Origin: Lentimonas sp.
Lineage (GTDB): Bacteria > Verrucomicrobiota > Verrucomicrobiia > Opitutales > Coraliomargaritaceae
Length of the DNA: 64,000 bases
Reading direction: 5' to 3'
Assembly (NCBI GenBank): GCA_047627755.1
Contig: JBLHTV010000001.1
Location: 241-64,240, forward strand
Below are positions 9,592 through 19,563 of the stretch, piece after piece. Made by a program: the position numbers and the translations under genes. The notes beneath the pieces are model-generated. The model saw only the letters and a program-made list of their open reading frames with translations. It was not told the DNA's origin and did no database searches. The stretch's first letter is position 1. Each line of letters begins with the position of its first letter.

Positions 9592-10236
9592 TTATGAACG
9601 ACTCATGACGGCGGTCGCACGCTGGGTAATGCCTGCCCAATCGCCTTCTCTGATCGCACTAGCGCTCGCGATCCACGAACCACCGACGGCGAGAATTATA
9701 TCTTCCTTTAAATAATCTTCTGCATTGTCAGCAGTGAGCCCACCCAGCGGGATGAACTGCAAGCCCAGATGCGCATACGGAGCCTGCATATTTTTGAGAT
9801 ACGCGAGTCCTCCCATCGGTTCCGCAGGGAATAGCTTCAATATATCGCAACCAAACTCCAGCGCATGTTCAATCTCACTGGGAGTCGCAATGCCAGGAGC
9901 AAACGGTAGCTGAGCATCCAGAGCCGCCTGCACAACGCGTGCGTTCATCCCCGGCGCAACTGCACAACTCGCACCAGCGTCTTGCACCTGTCGCACTTGA
10001 GTTGGTGTAATCACAGTGCCAGCCATCACTAGCATCTCGCTATAGTTCTCGGCGATAACCTGCATCACCTGCAGCGCAGCCGGAGTGCGCATGGTGATTT
10101 CAACCGCTTTAATACTACCGGCAAGAAGCGCTTCAGCCAGAGGCTTGGCATCGTCAACATTTTCCACGGTCACCGTGGCAATCGCGCGTGACGCAGCAAG
10201 TTGCGCACGCATTCGTGGTGTAAATAAAGTCTTCAT
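9592..10236 (-). CDS. eda: KDPG/KDPGal/KHG aldolase (Eda/DauD-like)
   Basis: EITMRT, PGIATPSE, KLFPA, IPLGG and VGGSW motifs. Confidence 0.92.
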   Translation of the reverse strand: MKTLFTPRMRAQLAASRAIATVTVENVDDAKPLAEALLAGSIKAVEITMRTPAALQVMQVIAENYSEMLVMAGTVITPTQVRQVQDAGASCAVAPGMNARVVQAALDAQLPFAPGIATPSEIEHALEFGCDILKLFPAEPMGGLAYLKNMQAPYAHLGLQFIPLGGLTADNAEDYLKEDIILAVGGSWIASASAIREGDWAGITQRATAVMSRS

Positions 10237-10248
10237 TTTATTGTTCTA

Positions 10249-11424
10249 TTATTCGACCACCGCAAAGCTGGACTCGTCTTTAGCATTAGGATCGATGACA
10301 AACGGCTGCATCGCCACTTCATTCACTTCGACGCCAAGGCCCGGTAGTTCATTAAAATGTAGCTTTCCATCAATCACTTCATGGGCCGCCGAAAAGATCG
10401 AATCACGCACCGAATGCTCGGTTTGGTCCATCTCCAGCATGACTAGACGACGCTCAAAGCGACCGGGATTCTCCGGCACCATACTGATCGCGGATGCGGC
10501 CACTGCTTGATTGATTTTTAACCCCCAGCAATGCGGCACCATGTCCGTATGCGATGCACTCGCGATTGCATTGATTTTCACAAACTCCGTAATACCACCA
10601 CAGTAAGCGATATCGGGCTGCATAATATCTAAACAAGCGCCGCTTGATAAGCGCTCAAACCCATAGCGAGTCTGCTCACATTCCCCCGCCGCAATTGGCA
10701 CACTCAGTTGTTCACGCAGCCGAGCCATATCACGGTAGTTCTCCGGAGAGAGTGGTTCTTCAAACCAGCAATAGTCATTCGCCTCTAACACACGACCTAT
10801 GCGAATCGCCTCTTTATAATTGTAGGCATGATTGGAGTCCGCTCCGATCTGTGTCGTTGGGAAACGACTACGAAAGGCTTCGATCAGCTTGGTATCGAAC
10901 TCTATGTTTTTACCGATCTTGACCTTCAGCATCGTGTAGCCTTGCGCAACATAACCAGCAGCCTCTTCGAGCAACTCTTCGAGCATTTCGTCCTCTGGCT
11001 TGTCGTCGCGAAAATACATACCCGTCGCGTAACAAGGCACAGGCTCATCCGAACCACCTAACAAGGTGCGGACAGGTGTATTCAAGGCTTTGCCCTTGAG
11101 ATCCCAGAATGCTATATCCAGACCTGAAATGGCAGCCATGAAGATACCATGACGATTAAAGTCGCAAAACGCCTTCCACATCAGGTTCCACAGCACTTCG
11201 TTTTGCAGCGGATTCTTACCCAATAGTAATGGCTTAAAGTGGTGCTCTACAGCCGCAGCAATTGCTAGGTTCGGCCCATAGCATTCGCCCCATCCTACAG
11301 TTCCATCACTGCAGGTCACTTTGAGGACGAAGTTGCTCTTCACCGGATAATACCACTGCGAAAAGCCGATGGATCGGCTCAACTTAGTGCGCAATGGAAA
11401 ACATTGAATATCGACGATTTTCAT
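10249..11424 (-). CDS. Mandelate racemase/enolase-superfamily enzyme, probable 3,6-anhydrogalactonate cycloisomerase (DauB-like)
   Basis: GWGECYG, KVKIG, DSNHAY, WFEEP, AAGE, QPD and PHCWG motifs. The specific function is inferred from context and from recalled similarity (FSQWxY N-terminus). Confidence 0.8.
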   Translation of the reverse strand: MKIVDIQCFPLRTKLSRSIGFSQWYYPVKSNFVLKVTCSDGTVGWGECYGPNLAIAAAVEHHFKPLLLGKNPLQNEVLWNLMWKAFCDFNRHGIFMAAISGLDIAFWDLKGKALNTPVRTLLGGSDEPVPCYATGMYFRDDKPEDEMLEELLEEAAGYVAQGYTMLKVKIGKNIEFDTKLIEAFRSRFPTTQIGADSNHAYNYKEAIRIGRVLEANDYCWFEEPLSPENYRDMARLREQLSVPIAAGECEQTRYGFERLSSGACLDIMQPDIAYCGGITEFVKINAIASASHTDMVPHCWGLKINQAVAASAISMVPENPGRFERRLVMLEMDQTEHSVRDSIFSAAHEVIDGKLHFNELPGLGVEVNEVAMQPFVIDPNAKDESSFAVVE

Positions 11425-11443
11425 AATTATGGAGACTTAAAAA

Positions 11444-12856
11444 TTAACGCTTAATCGAGATGCGTTTGATATCGTAGTAATCCTCGAGTGCGAGACGGCT
11501 CACGTCCTTACCGTAGCCGCTTTGCTTGAGCCCACCATGCGGCAATTGCAGCGAATAGTAGGCTTCGTTAATGAGGATATTGCCGAAGATCAGACGCTTC
11601 TCGGCCTCGAGTGCACGAGAGAGGTTTTGGGTATAGACGTAGGCGGACAATCCATACTCGGTATCATTCGCCAAGGCGAAGGCATCGTCGCTGTCATCAA
11701 ACGGCATGACAGGCATGATCGGCCCGAAAATTTCTTCACAGGTCAAAGCACTGTCGCGTGCGACGTCTTTAATCAAAGTCGGCTGCATGAAATACCCGGG
11801 GCGACTCGCGCGTTTGCCACCAGTAACCACTGTGCCCTTATGCGTCTCTGGTTGGCAGAACTTGACCATCTGCTCCACGCTCGCCTCTGACACGACCGGA
11901 CTCAGCTCAGGCCCGGCGCCCGAGTCGCCGACATAACGATACGACTCCATCAGCGCCTTCGCCTTCTCGATGAAAGCCGCATAAATGCTGCGGTGCACAA
12001 AGACACGATTCGGTGCGACACAGATCTGTCCGGCATTGGCCAACTTCAGGCCAACAATGTCAGCCACTGCGGCATCCAGATCCGCATCTTCAAAGACCAG
12101 CACGGGTGCATCGCCACCGAGCTCCAGAGACAGTCGCTTCACTGTCGTCGGTGATTGCTCTATCAGTTTCTTGCCGGCAAAAGTCGATCCTATCATGGTC
12201 AGTAGACGTGGGATTGGGCTTTGCGCCAAGGCATCGCTGACGAGCTTACCACGACCACAGAGTAAATTCACGGTGCCCTTTGGAAATGCGACTTCATTGA
12301 TTAATTCAGCCACTCGCATCGAAGCCATCGGTGTCTTATCGGATATTTTAAACACCGAGGCACAGCCACTCGCCAATGCAGGGCCTAGCTTATAGCCCAG
12401 ATTTAGCAGAGGGAAGTTCCATGTCAGTAAGCCAGCGACGACACCAATGGGTTGATACGAAAGAAAGTTCAGATGCCCGCCGTCATAGTCCGGAATGGTT
12501 TCTCCGTAGTGGCGCTTCACTTCCTCGATGTAGTAGCCGAGGCAGTCAACCAGCATATTAAAATCGTAGCTTGCGACATCCTGTGTTTTGCCAGTCTCTT
12601 GAATCAGTAGATCAACGATATTCGCCTCGTCCGCCTTCAGATTGACAATCAGCTCATCGACCAATGCTTTACGCTCATTGATCGAGAGTTGACCATATGC
12701 TTCCGAGGCGATCTTCGCCACATCAAGTGCACGATTCACATCTTCAGTCGTCGCGCTCGCAACTTGTCCAATTTTTGCCGCAGTCGCAGGATTATACACA
12801 TCCAGATGTGCGTCACTATCGACGAATTCGTTTCCTATGTAATTCTTTATATTCAT
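11444..12856 (-). CDS. NAD(P)-dependent aldehyde dehydrogenase, probable 3,6-anhydro-D-galactose dehydrogenase (DauA-like)
   Basis: WNFPLLNL, TMIGST, LELGG, AGQICVAPNR and EEIFGP motifs. First gene of the four-gene cluster. Confidence 0.8.
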   Translation of the reverse strand: MNIKNYIGNEFVDSDAHLDVYNPATAAKIGQVASATTEDVNRALDVAKIASEAYGQLSINERKALVDELIVNLKADEANIVDLLIQETGKTQDVASYDFNMLVDCLGYYIEEVKRHYGETIPDYDGGHLNFLSYQPIGVVAGLLTWNFPLLNLGYKLGPALASGCASVFKISDKTPMASMRVAELINEVAFPKGTVNLLCGRGKLVSDALAQSPIPRLLTMIGSTFAGKKLIEQSPTTVKRLSLELGGDAPVLVFEDADLDAAVADIVGLKLANAGQICVAPNRVFVHRSIYAAFIEKAKALMESYRYVGDSGAGPELSPVVSEASVEQMVKFCQPETHKGTVVTGGKRASRPGYFMQPTLIKDVARDSALTCEEIFGPIMPVMPFDDSDDAFALANDTEYGLSAYVYTQNLSRALEAEKRLIFGNILINEAYYSLQLPHGGLKQSGYGKDVSRLALEDYYDIKRISIKR

Positions 12857-12890
12857 TTTATTTTTATAAATCTGTTATCTGCCTCTGAGG

Positions 12891-12940
12891 AATATGATCA
12901 CGACTGTGCATACCTACTTTTGAGTGATATTGATCATATT
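12891..12940. promoter_or_regulatory. Candidate operator upstream of the dehydrogenase operon
   Basis: Perfect 10-bp inverted repeat AATATGATCA-N30-TGATCATATT ending 35 bp before the start codon. Confidence 0.5.
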
Positions 12941-12976
12941 TTAGAAATGCCGTTCATCTGGCCCGCTTCGGTCGGT

Positions 12977-14704
12977 CTATTTATTGTTCTTATGCTTGTG
13001 ATACTCTTGCCATGTGAGCATGCCGTCTTTGTTAACGTCGGCCTCAGGGTTTTTCTTGAAATATTGGTTCTTCCATTTTTCGTCATTACTAGAGGAATCC
13101 TTCTTCACGGGCTTAGCGGTTGCTGGTTTTGCTGTGTTTTCCAAACGCGCATCGAGATGCTTACGAAATGATGCGAGCTTCACTGCATACTCGGGGTTGC
13201 TTGCCAGATTCTCCCATTCGTTCTTGTCGATTCGATGATCGTAAAGTTCTTCGTCGCCAGTGTGATACCGAATATAGCGCCAGTCCTGCGTGCGTAGCGA
13301 ATAGTTCTGCATCATGGGGTCCGGAGCTTTCCACTTGTGAACCGCAGTGAGTGCTGCCTCAGGCCCACCCCAATCGTTCAACTTTGGATTTTCAAGAAAC
13401 GATACCAGGCTCGTGCCATCCAGTGGAGCGCCTTTCTCATTACGACGTGTATCACCGCTCAGACCGCAGAGCTCGATCAATGTCGGATACAGGTCTACCA
13501 ACGAAGCTGGATGCATTACGTTTGCACCAGCTTGTGCCACGCCTGGAGCGCGAATAATAAACGGCACGCGTGTGCTCTCTTCCCAAAGTGAATTCTTATA
13601 GACGTAATCCTTCGGACCGGTGCCCCAACCATGGTCACTGGTAAGCACGATGATCGTGTTATCTTTTAGCGATGAATTATCGACGACATCCAAAATCATA
13701 CCGAGCAACTCATCCACAGATGCGACACAGGCCAAATACGCTTGTGTAAAATGCTTCAGCGCCAACTCTTGGTCACCGCCGTAGGAAGCGACCAGACTTT
13801 CAAAGATCTTCACACCGCGATCATTGCCACCACGCGATTTAGTCAAATACGTGTCATCGGCATCTCCGTTAAGAATCGGAGGCAGCTCCAAAGTATCCAC
13901 AGGAAACTGATCGAAGAAGCGCTGCGGAACAATCAAAGGTGTGTGCGGGCGCATGAAGCCCACTCCCATGAAAAAAGGTTTCTTCTCATCACCGGCAGAA
14001 TAAGCCTGCAATGTCTCAGCAGCCCATTGCGCATTAGCCTCATCTGCGGTCAAGTCACGCTCTCCGGATTTGGGGAATGCCAAGTCAAAGCTATTTCTCC
14101 AATTACCGCGCTGCCATGTATAGGACTTCCCGTCCCCAAAGTCTTTGCCTTCCAAAGAGACGAATGGGCCGAACGAACCGTCAATTTTACCGAAGTCATC
14201 ACGCAGCGGCACAGGTGTCATCGGGTGCGGCACTTGCTTATTGCCATCAAAAGCATAGGGTCCGTAGTCCGCTTCTTCACGAAATTCGTCCCAATCCTGA
14301 TGCGCATGATGATGCATCAATTTACCTGTTCCAATGGTGCGATACCCATTGGCTTGGAAGTGCGCGAACATTGTCTTTGAATTCGCCAATACCTCATTTT
14401 GATTCCAGTTATCCATACCAAAATTATTTGAAGTATGTGGATAGATTCCGGTGAAGAAGCTAGATCGTGACGGTGCACAGATCGGGATCGTGCAATGCAT
14501 TTGCTGGAAAGTCACACCACTATCCATGAGCCGCGTCATGTTGGGCGTCTGAGTTTGTGGATGGCCTCCAAAGCCTTCGATGTCGGTATTCAGATCATCA
14601 CAGACGATCAAAATTACATTCGGTTTGGTAGCCTGTAGACACACTGCCGCACAGAGTGCGACCAGTCCCAAGCAGAGAGAACGGAGTATTGATGACATAT
14701 TCAT
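12977..14704 (-). CDS. S1 sulfatase (iduronate-2-sulfatase-like, probably S1_7) with EF-hand-like tail
   Basis: Signal peptide; DDLN, CAPSR, GKLMH, RPHTP and SDHG motifs; tail DVNKDGMLTWQE. Confidence 0.92.
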   Translation of the reverse strand: MNMSSILRSLCLGLVALCAAVCLQATKPNVILIVCDDLNTDIEGFGGHPQTQTPNMTRLMDSGVTFQQMHCTIPICAPSRSSFFTGIYPHTSNNFGMDNWNQNEVLANSKTMFAHFQANGYRTIGTGKLMHHHAHQDWDEFREEADYGPYAFDGNKQVPHPMTPVPLRDDFGKIDGSFGPFVSLEGKDFGDGKSYTWQRGNWRNSFDLAFPKSGERDLTADEANAQWAAETLQAYSAGDEKKPFFMGVGFMRPHTPLIVPQRFFDQFPVDTLELPPILNGDADDTYLTKSRGGNDRGVKIFESLVASYGGDQELALKHFTQAYLACVASVDELLGMILDVVDNSSLKDNTIIVLTSDHGWGTGPKDYVYKNSLWEESTRVPFIIRAPGVAQAGANVMHPASLVDLYPTLIELCGLSGDTRRNEKGAPLDGTSLVSFLENPKLNDWGGPEAALTAVHKWKAPDPMMQNYSLRTQDWRYIRYHTGDEELYDHRIDKNEWENLASNPEYAVKLASFRKHLDARLENTAKPATAKPVKKDSSSNDEKWKNQYFKKNPEADVNKDGMLTWQEYHKHKNNK

Positions 14705-14712
14705 TATTAAAA

Positions 14713-17571
14713 TTATCGCATGTCTTTCACGATCAAATAGATTGGGGTTTCAGTAAATGGGATCCGAACAACGCCATTTTCAGGAGTTAATTCGAAAGGA
14801 TTTCCGTAAAGGTCGCGGCCAGCCACGATTGAGTCGGTCTGTAGCTCACGCGCCTGCTCTGCGCCTTCACTCCACAAGACGACAAAGTCAAACTCTGGAC
14901 CGCTAAAGCGTGTCTGCCAGCATCCATCGCCAAGGTCATCCTGACCGTCACACTCGACATCATACATGATATCACAAGCCGCAGCAGCTGCGATGAATCC
15001 AGATTCGACGGTGCGCCCCCCTGGGCCGACCCAGCCCTGTAGCCAACGATCCAGCAGGTCGCCCTCTAGCAGGATAAAGTAGAAGGACTTTTCGACTCCG
15101 TTAGCAAATGCCGTAGAGACCGCTTGTATATACGCCGATGCACACTCCTCCTCGTTAAGTATCTCGCGAGCAACAAATGGATTTTTATAAGGCACAAAAG
15201 GCTTCGCATCCTCTGCCAAACTGAAGTAGCCAAACTCGGTTGCCCAAAATGACGGGGCTTCGCCAAATTCAGACACCGCCTCGTCAAACCCCTGCACCAC
15301 TTCACGGAAATCTCCACGTGCTGGATGGCGACGCCCTTCGGTGTAAGGGTGGTATGAAATCGCATCGAACGGTTCCAAGCCGGTGTGTCCGAGTAACTCC
15401 TTCAGGAAATGATTATGAGTCTCAGCTGGCGTGGCTAGTCCCAGACCCACGACTTCGATATTGGGGTCTTTCGCCTTAATGAGCTCATAGGCATGCGTCG
15501 TAAAGTCGGCCATTTCTTTAACCGTGCCACGATAGAACAGTGGGATGTCCGGCTCATTCCATGTTTCAATGGCATGCAAGCGGCCATCCGCTAAGTCAAT
15601 CAAACGGTTCAAATAGTCATCAAACTCAGCTTGCACATCATCACGATGCGTGTAGGCACGCGAGGCAGACGAACCGACTGGCGCACGCGAAGCCCATTTC
15701 GGCATGCCGGGCCCGATGACCGCCAGCGGCGTCACTCCAAAAGATGCTTGATAATCGAGCACGGCATCCAGCTTTGCGGCCTGTCTTTCATTCCAGACGC
15801 CTTTCTTAGTCATCAAACTCCCAAGCCCACAATCAAAGGCAAAACGCGACCACCCAAGGCCAATGCGCTCCATCGCCCAAAACTCGCGTAGGTCGCTGAT
15901 ATTTGTTCCAAAGCGAATGGAAGGATCAACTTGCTTACTTGTGCGAGCACGCACCACAGCGAGCGAGATGCGATGTAAGTCTTCGCCAACTGAGACTACA
16001 ACACGATACATTCCCTGAAGCACAAAGCCTGGCGTCTCCCAAGCAATTATTGCATTCGACTGTGCGGCGATCTCACCAACACCCCGCTCACTCTCAAATA
16101 CCACATTACCATGCGTATCAAGGATACTAATACGTGCAGGGGGCGAGATTGTGACATCCGAGTTATTACGAATCACTGTGACTACATCAAAGGCTTCGTT
16201 TGGTTCATAGACGCGATGATAACGCACCGTATCGGAATTAGACTCAATCACTCGCTGCGGCTTGTAATCGGCATTACCTTTGGGTGTCACGGCCACGGCA
16301 TCCAAATAGACTTCCACTGCATCCGGTGTGGGTGGAATGGCAACTGCGATGGCATAGGCGTTTTTCGCAGCTAAAGGCAGACGCACATCGAAGGAATAGC
16401 GGGCCCAATCTTGAGTAAGTGTCACAGTCTTTTCAATCAAGTTGCTACCACGGTTTGGCACCAAGGCCGTCGGCACGTAGCGCACCTGTAGCTTCACTTT
16501 CTGCCCTGGCGCACTTGCCTTCATGTCCGCCGAAACGGTCAATCGATCCAAGGCATGAGCCTCAAAATAGTCCGAAGCAATCGTAGCGTGCTTTGCCACT
16601 GGTTCAAACGCCGTGTTTTGAGGCACCAACGACACTCTCAAACTCTGTTGCCCATGCGAGGCGGCATCCTCAGTAAGATCCCATCCGGAACTGACGTCAG
16701 TTTTATTAAAAATCACACCCCACTCTTCACGGCCCAACTCAAAGCTACTGTTATTTAGAATGTTCTGTGTCACAGGGTCCGAGTCCAGAGAGGAGCCATC
16801 TGTGTCGGATACGGGTAAGAGTAAATCGTAAACGATATGTTGCCCATCAACAGCATAGAGATTCACCCAAATCGAGCGATGCCCTTTCCAGTCGACAGCA
16901 TTAAGCACTTCAATCTCCAACTCCCTCTGCGGCAACAGCACGAAACCATCATCAGAATCACTCAGTGAACTAAATGACTGAAACGGCTGACGCTTGAGTA
17001 GCACCGACCGATGCTTTTGTGATGTCGAATAATTAAAGCGCTCTCCATCCACCTCGAAGGCCTGTTCGTCATAGAAACCAATCGGCAGGTTAAGCGTCTC
17101 ACGCTCGGCACTGTAGCCTGTTGCCGAAAAATCCAAATCAAAGCGTAAGGCGCGCTCATCAGTGATCGTGGTTGCCACTTTCAAGTGGCCCGCCGCGCCC
17201 TTGATTTTGATCGGTTCATTGAAAACCAATGCGTCCGCATGCACTTGATATCGAACCTCCCATGGAAGTAGATTTGAATGTTGAGAACCGTTCGGAGCTT
17301 TAATGGTAAAACTGCTGCCTTCAATGAGCACACCACTGGTCGATACCAGATACATCGTATTACCGTCTGGTTTCGCCTGATAGTGTAGATCGTCCCACTG
17401 AATCGACGCATCTTCGTGAACTATCGGTGTAGTCGAAGGTCTGCAGTCTGTAGCGCCTTCGTTCTGCCCAGGGGCAATTGTCGGGGCCGATGGCACGCAA
17501 GCGACACTGAAAGCAGACAGCACGAGCGCACAAGACAAGCGACATTGTAAGGATTTGGATATAGAAGACAT
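14713..17571 (-). CDS. Multidomain clan GH-A-like glycoside hydrolase lipoprotein (GH39/GH5-like) with CBM-like domain
   Basis: Lipobox-like FSVAC; NILNNSSFE...LTQDWARY...YLDAV beta-sandwich; TIM-barrel motifs ETWNEPD, ISYHPY and WATEFG. Confidence 0.7.
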   Translation of the reverse strand: MSSISKSLQCRLSCALVLSAFSVACVPSAPTIAPGQNEGATDCRPSTTPIVHEDASIQWDDLHYQAKPDGNTMYLVSTSGVLIEGSSFTIKAPNGSQHSNLLPWEVRYQVHADALVFNEPIKIKGAAGHLKVATTITDERALRFDLDFSATGYSAERETLNLPIGFYDEQAFEVDGERFNYSTSQKHRSVLLKRQPFQSFSSLSDSDDGFVLLPQRELEIEVLNAVDWKGHRSIWVNLYAVDGQHIVYDLLLPVSDTDGSSLDSDPVTQNILNNSSFELGREEWGVIFNKTDVSSGWDLTEDAASHGQQSLRVSLVPQNTAFEPVAKHATIASDYFEAHALDRLTVSADMKASAPGQKVKLQVRYVPTALVPNRGSNLIEKTVTLTQDWARYSFDVRLPLAAKNAYAIAVAIPPTPDAVEVYLDAVAVTPKGNADYKPQRVIESNSDTVRYHRVYEPNEAFDVVTVIRNNSDVTISPPARISILDTHGNVVFESERGVGEIAAQSNAIIAWETPGFVLQGMYRVVVSVGEDLHRISLAVVRARTSKQVDPSIRFGTNISDLREFWAMERIGLGWSRFAFDCGLGSLMTKKGVWNERQAAKLDAVLDYQASFGVTPLAVIGPGMPKWASRAPVGSSASRAYTHRDDVQAEFDDYLNRLIDLADGRLHAIETWNEPDIPLFYRGTVKEMADFTTHAYELIKAKDPNIEVVGLGLATPAETHNHFLKELLGHTGLEPFDAISYHPYTEGRRHPARGDFREVVQGFDEAVSEFGEAPSFWATEFGYFSLAEDAKPFVPYKNPFVAREILNEEECASAYIQAVSTAFANGVEKSFYFILLEGDLLDRWLQGWVGPGGRTVESGFIAAAAACDIMYDVECDGQDDLGDGCWQTRFSGPEFDFVVLWSEGAEQARELQTDSIVAGRDLYGNPFELTPENGVVRIPFTETPIYLIVKDMR

Positions 17572-17805
17572 GAATGCAGCAATCAACAGGGGTCGAGAGA
17601 TAACGATGTGGTTATTTAAACAGTATCCTCACCTTTCCGCGTTCGCGAAATGGTAATATACATTCGCAGCACGCCAATCTACCCAATAAAACAAAATAAT
17701 GTGAATTTTATATATCGGCTGCCTGAATGAGATCGAGACCGCCAGCCGGACAAGTACATGCTCAACAAAACTTAAGCCCTACAATTCCTACCACAGTTCG
17801 CCTCC

Positions 17806-17847
17806 AAATTTCACATATTGAGACACAGTTTTTACGCTTTGAGAGAC
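17806..17847 (+). promoter_or_regulatory. 21-bp tandem direct repeat, candidate AraC-type site in the divergent promoter region
   Basis: AAATTTCACATATTGAGACAC / AGTTTTTACGCTTTGAGAGAC (14/21 identical), upstream of TAATAT/TATACT. Confidence 0.4.
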
Positions 17848-17908
17848 GCAAAGGCATACGTCATGTAATATACTAATGACAAAAGACACCTCACCCAACT
17901 GTTATTCA

Positions 17909-18619
17909 ATGCGCACATCCAAGCCGACTCAGTCCCCTAGGGGGTTTACACTTATCGAACTCCTGACAGTCATCGCCATTATTGCGATCTTGGCTGGGAT
18001 CCTCATTCCCGCGATAGGCAAGGTGCGCAAAAAGGCCGCTACAGTTAAGGCCGTCAACAATGTCCGCCAAATCGGCATGGCCAACTCACTCTATTCGCAA
18101 GAAAACAATGGTAAGATCATCGGGCAAGAGGAAGGAAAGTTCATGAATGCGATGCAGAACATCGCCGAATACATCTCCACGGAAAAAGAGCTCAATTGGG
18201 ATCAACAAATCGCCACACTAGCCCTAACGAATGACCCTAATGTGCCGGAAAATATGATCAGAATAGGAGGCCTCCCCTTCACGTATGCGATCAATTCTGT
18301 ATTCAACCAGAAATATGGACGCTCGGTCGATGGCAAAGCAGCATGGAAGCCAGCCGCGCAACAAAGCTCTAACCAACGACGCATGGCAGAGTTCGATTAT
18401 CCTTCGGACACGATCTATGCCGTCAGTGGCAGTTATCAATTAACGGTATCCGCAGCGGCAAACGCTTCGCTCCTTCAGGAACCAAGCGCTCGACAGTCAA
18501 TTTTCTATTTACACGGCAACAATGATAGCACACCAGCAGTCTTCTTAGACGGCCATAGCGAGCTAATCACCTATCCGATCGATCCTAAGCAGATCAATCC
18601 ACGGGAACGCACGAAGTAG
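17909..18619 (+). CDS. Prepilin-type N-terminal cleavage/methylation protein with C-terminal H-X9-DG-type motif (DUF1559-like)
   Basis: G|[29 protein letters not shown] and [15 protein letters not shown]. Alternative start at 17876. Confidence 0.9.
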   Translation: MRTSKPTQSPRGFTLIELLTVIAIIAILAGILIPAIGKVRKKAATVKAVNNVRQIGMANSLYSQENNGKIIGQEEGKFMNAMQNIAEYISTEKELNWDQQIATLALTNDPNVPENMIRIGGLPFTYAINSVFNQKYGRSVDGKAAWKPAAQQSSNQRRMAEFDYPSDTIYAVSGSYQLTVSAAANASLLQEPSARQSIFYLHGNNDSTPAVFLDGHSELITYPIDPKQINPRERTK

Positions 18620-18770
18620 CCAAATCCAGACAGTGTGCGACTAAAGGCGCAAAGAGTCGCAACATTGATCATTGATCGGTTGCAAATTACCGTCTGGGAA
18701 ACATAATTCGCAGTGTGAATCACGCAGCATTCGCGAAACAGTATAGTATACCTCTATCTACACATAGAAT

Positions 18771-19550
18771 ATGCACACCTCATTCGACCTTTATCCCAGT
18801 TATTTACGGCGCTTTAACAATGATATAGCAGCCAATCGTCCACTACGTTTACGCTACGATCTCCATGCGATGCGCAACTATGAGTATCGTAACGAAGGTG
18901 GTAAACGCGTCGGACCGTTTCCTCAAGTGCGCCCTGAGGGCACTCTTGAGATCCAAAGCACCACAAACTCCATCGGCAAAAATTCGATGACCGTGAAGCA
19001 TTCTCGCGAATGGTCGACATGGACTGGACAAGCGCCTGCCTCCAAACAAGACATTACGGCGAAAATAGACTACGCAGACGATGCCATCGGCACACTGCAA
19101 CACTGGCAAATGAGCTATGCCTCCACCCCCATACTGCCAGTGAAATCCTATCGCTATGATAAGCTAGGACCGATGCAAAAGCACGGTCGAGTTAAGGATG
19201 GAACCATCGAATTGACCGCTGCCAGCAAAGGAACGTCGAATATGGAGCTCGCCTCCTCCTCCCACGTCACATCGCTATACACGCTGATCGAACGCTTTCA
19301 GCGCTCCACGATCCAACCTACTACAGTCGATTATCTAGACGACCTGACCATGCTCCGACCGGGCCTAGAAATCACCCCACTGCCCGATGATACGATCGAG
19401 ATCGAAGGCGTGAAGACAAACGTTCATGGATACGCACTCGTTGGGCCAGCGATTCTGCCTCTGTTCTTTTGGATGGATACGCACTCCAACGTGCTCGCTG
19501 TCATCGGCCGCAACGTCGCCTACACACTAACAGAAGCTCAAAACGTCTAA
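18771..19550 (+). CDS. Hypothetical protein, beta-rich, no obvious signal peptide
   Basis: 259-aa ORF that fills the gap between genes and is co-oriented, ending 13 nt before the Tat sulfatase. Confidence 0.75.
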   Translation: MHTSFDLYPSYLRRFNNDIAANRPLRLRYDLHAMRNYEYRNEGGKRVGPFPQVRPEGTLEIQSTTNSIGKNSMTVKHSREWSTWTGQAPASKQDITAKIDYADDAIGTLQHWQMSYASTPILPVKSYRYDKLGPMQKHGRVKDGTIELTAASKGTSNMELASSSHVTSLYTLIERFQRSTIQPTTVDYLDDLTMLRPGLEITPLPDDTIEIEGVKTNVHGYALVGPAILPLFFWMDTHSNVLAVIGRNVAYTLTEAQNV

Positions 19551-19563
19551 TTACGCTGTTTTC

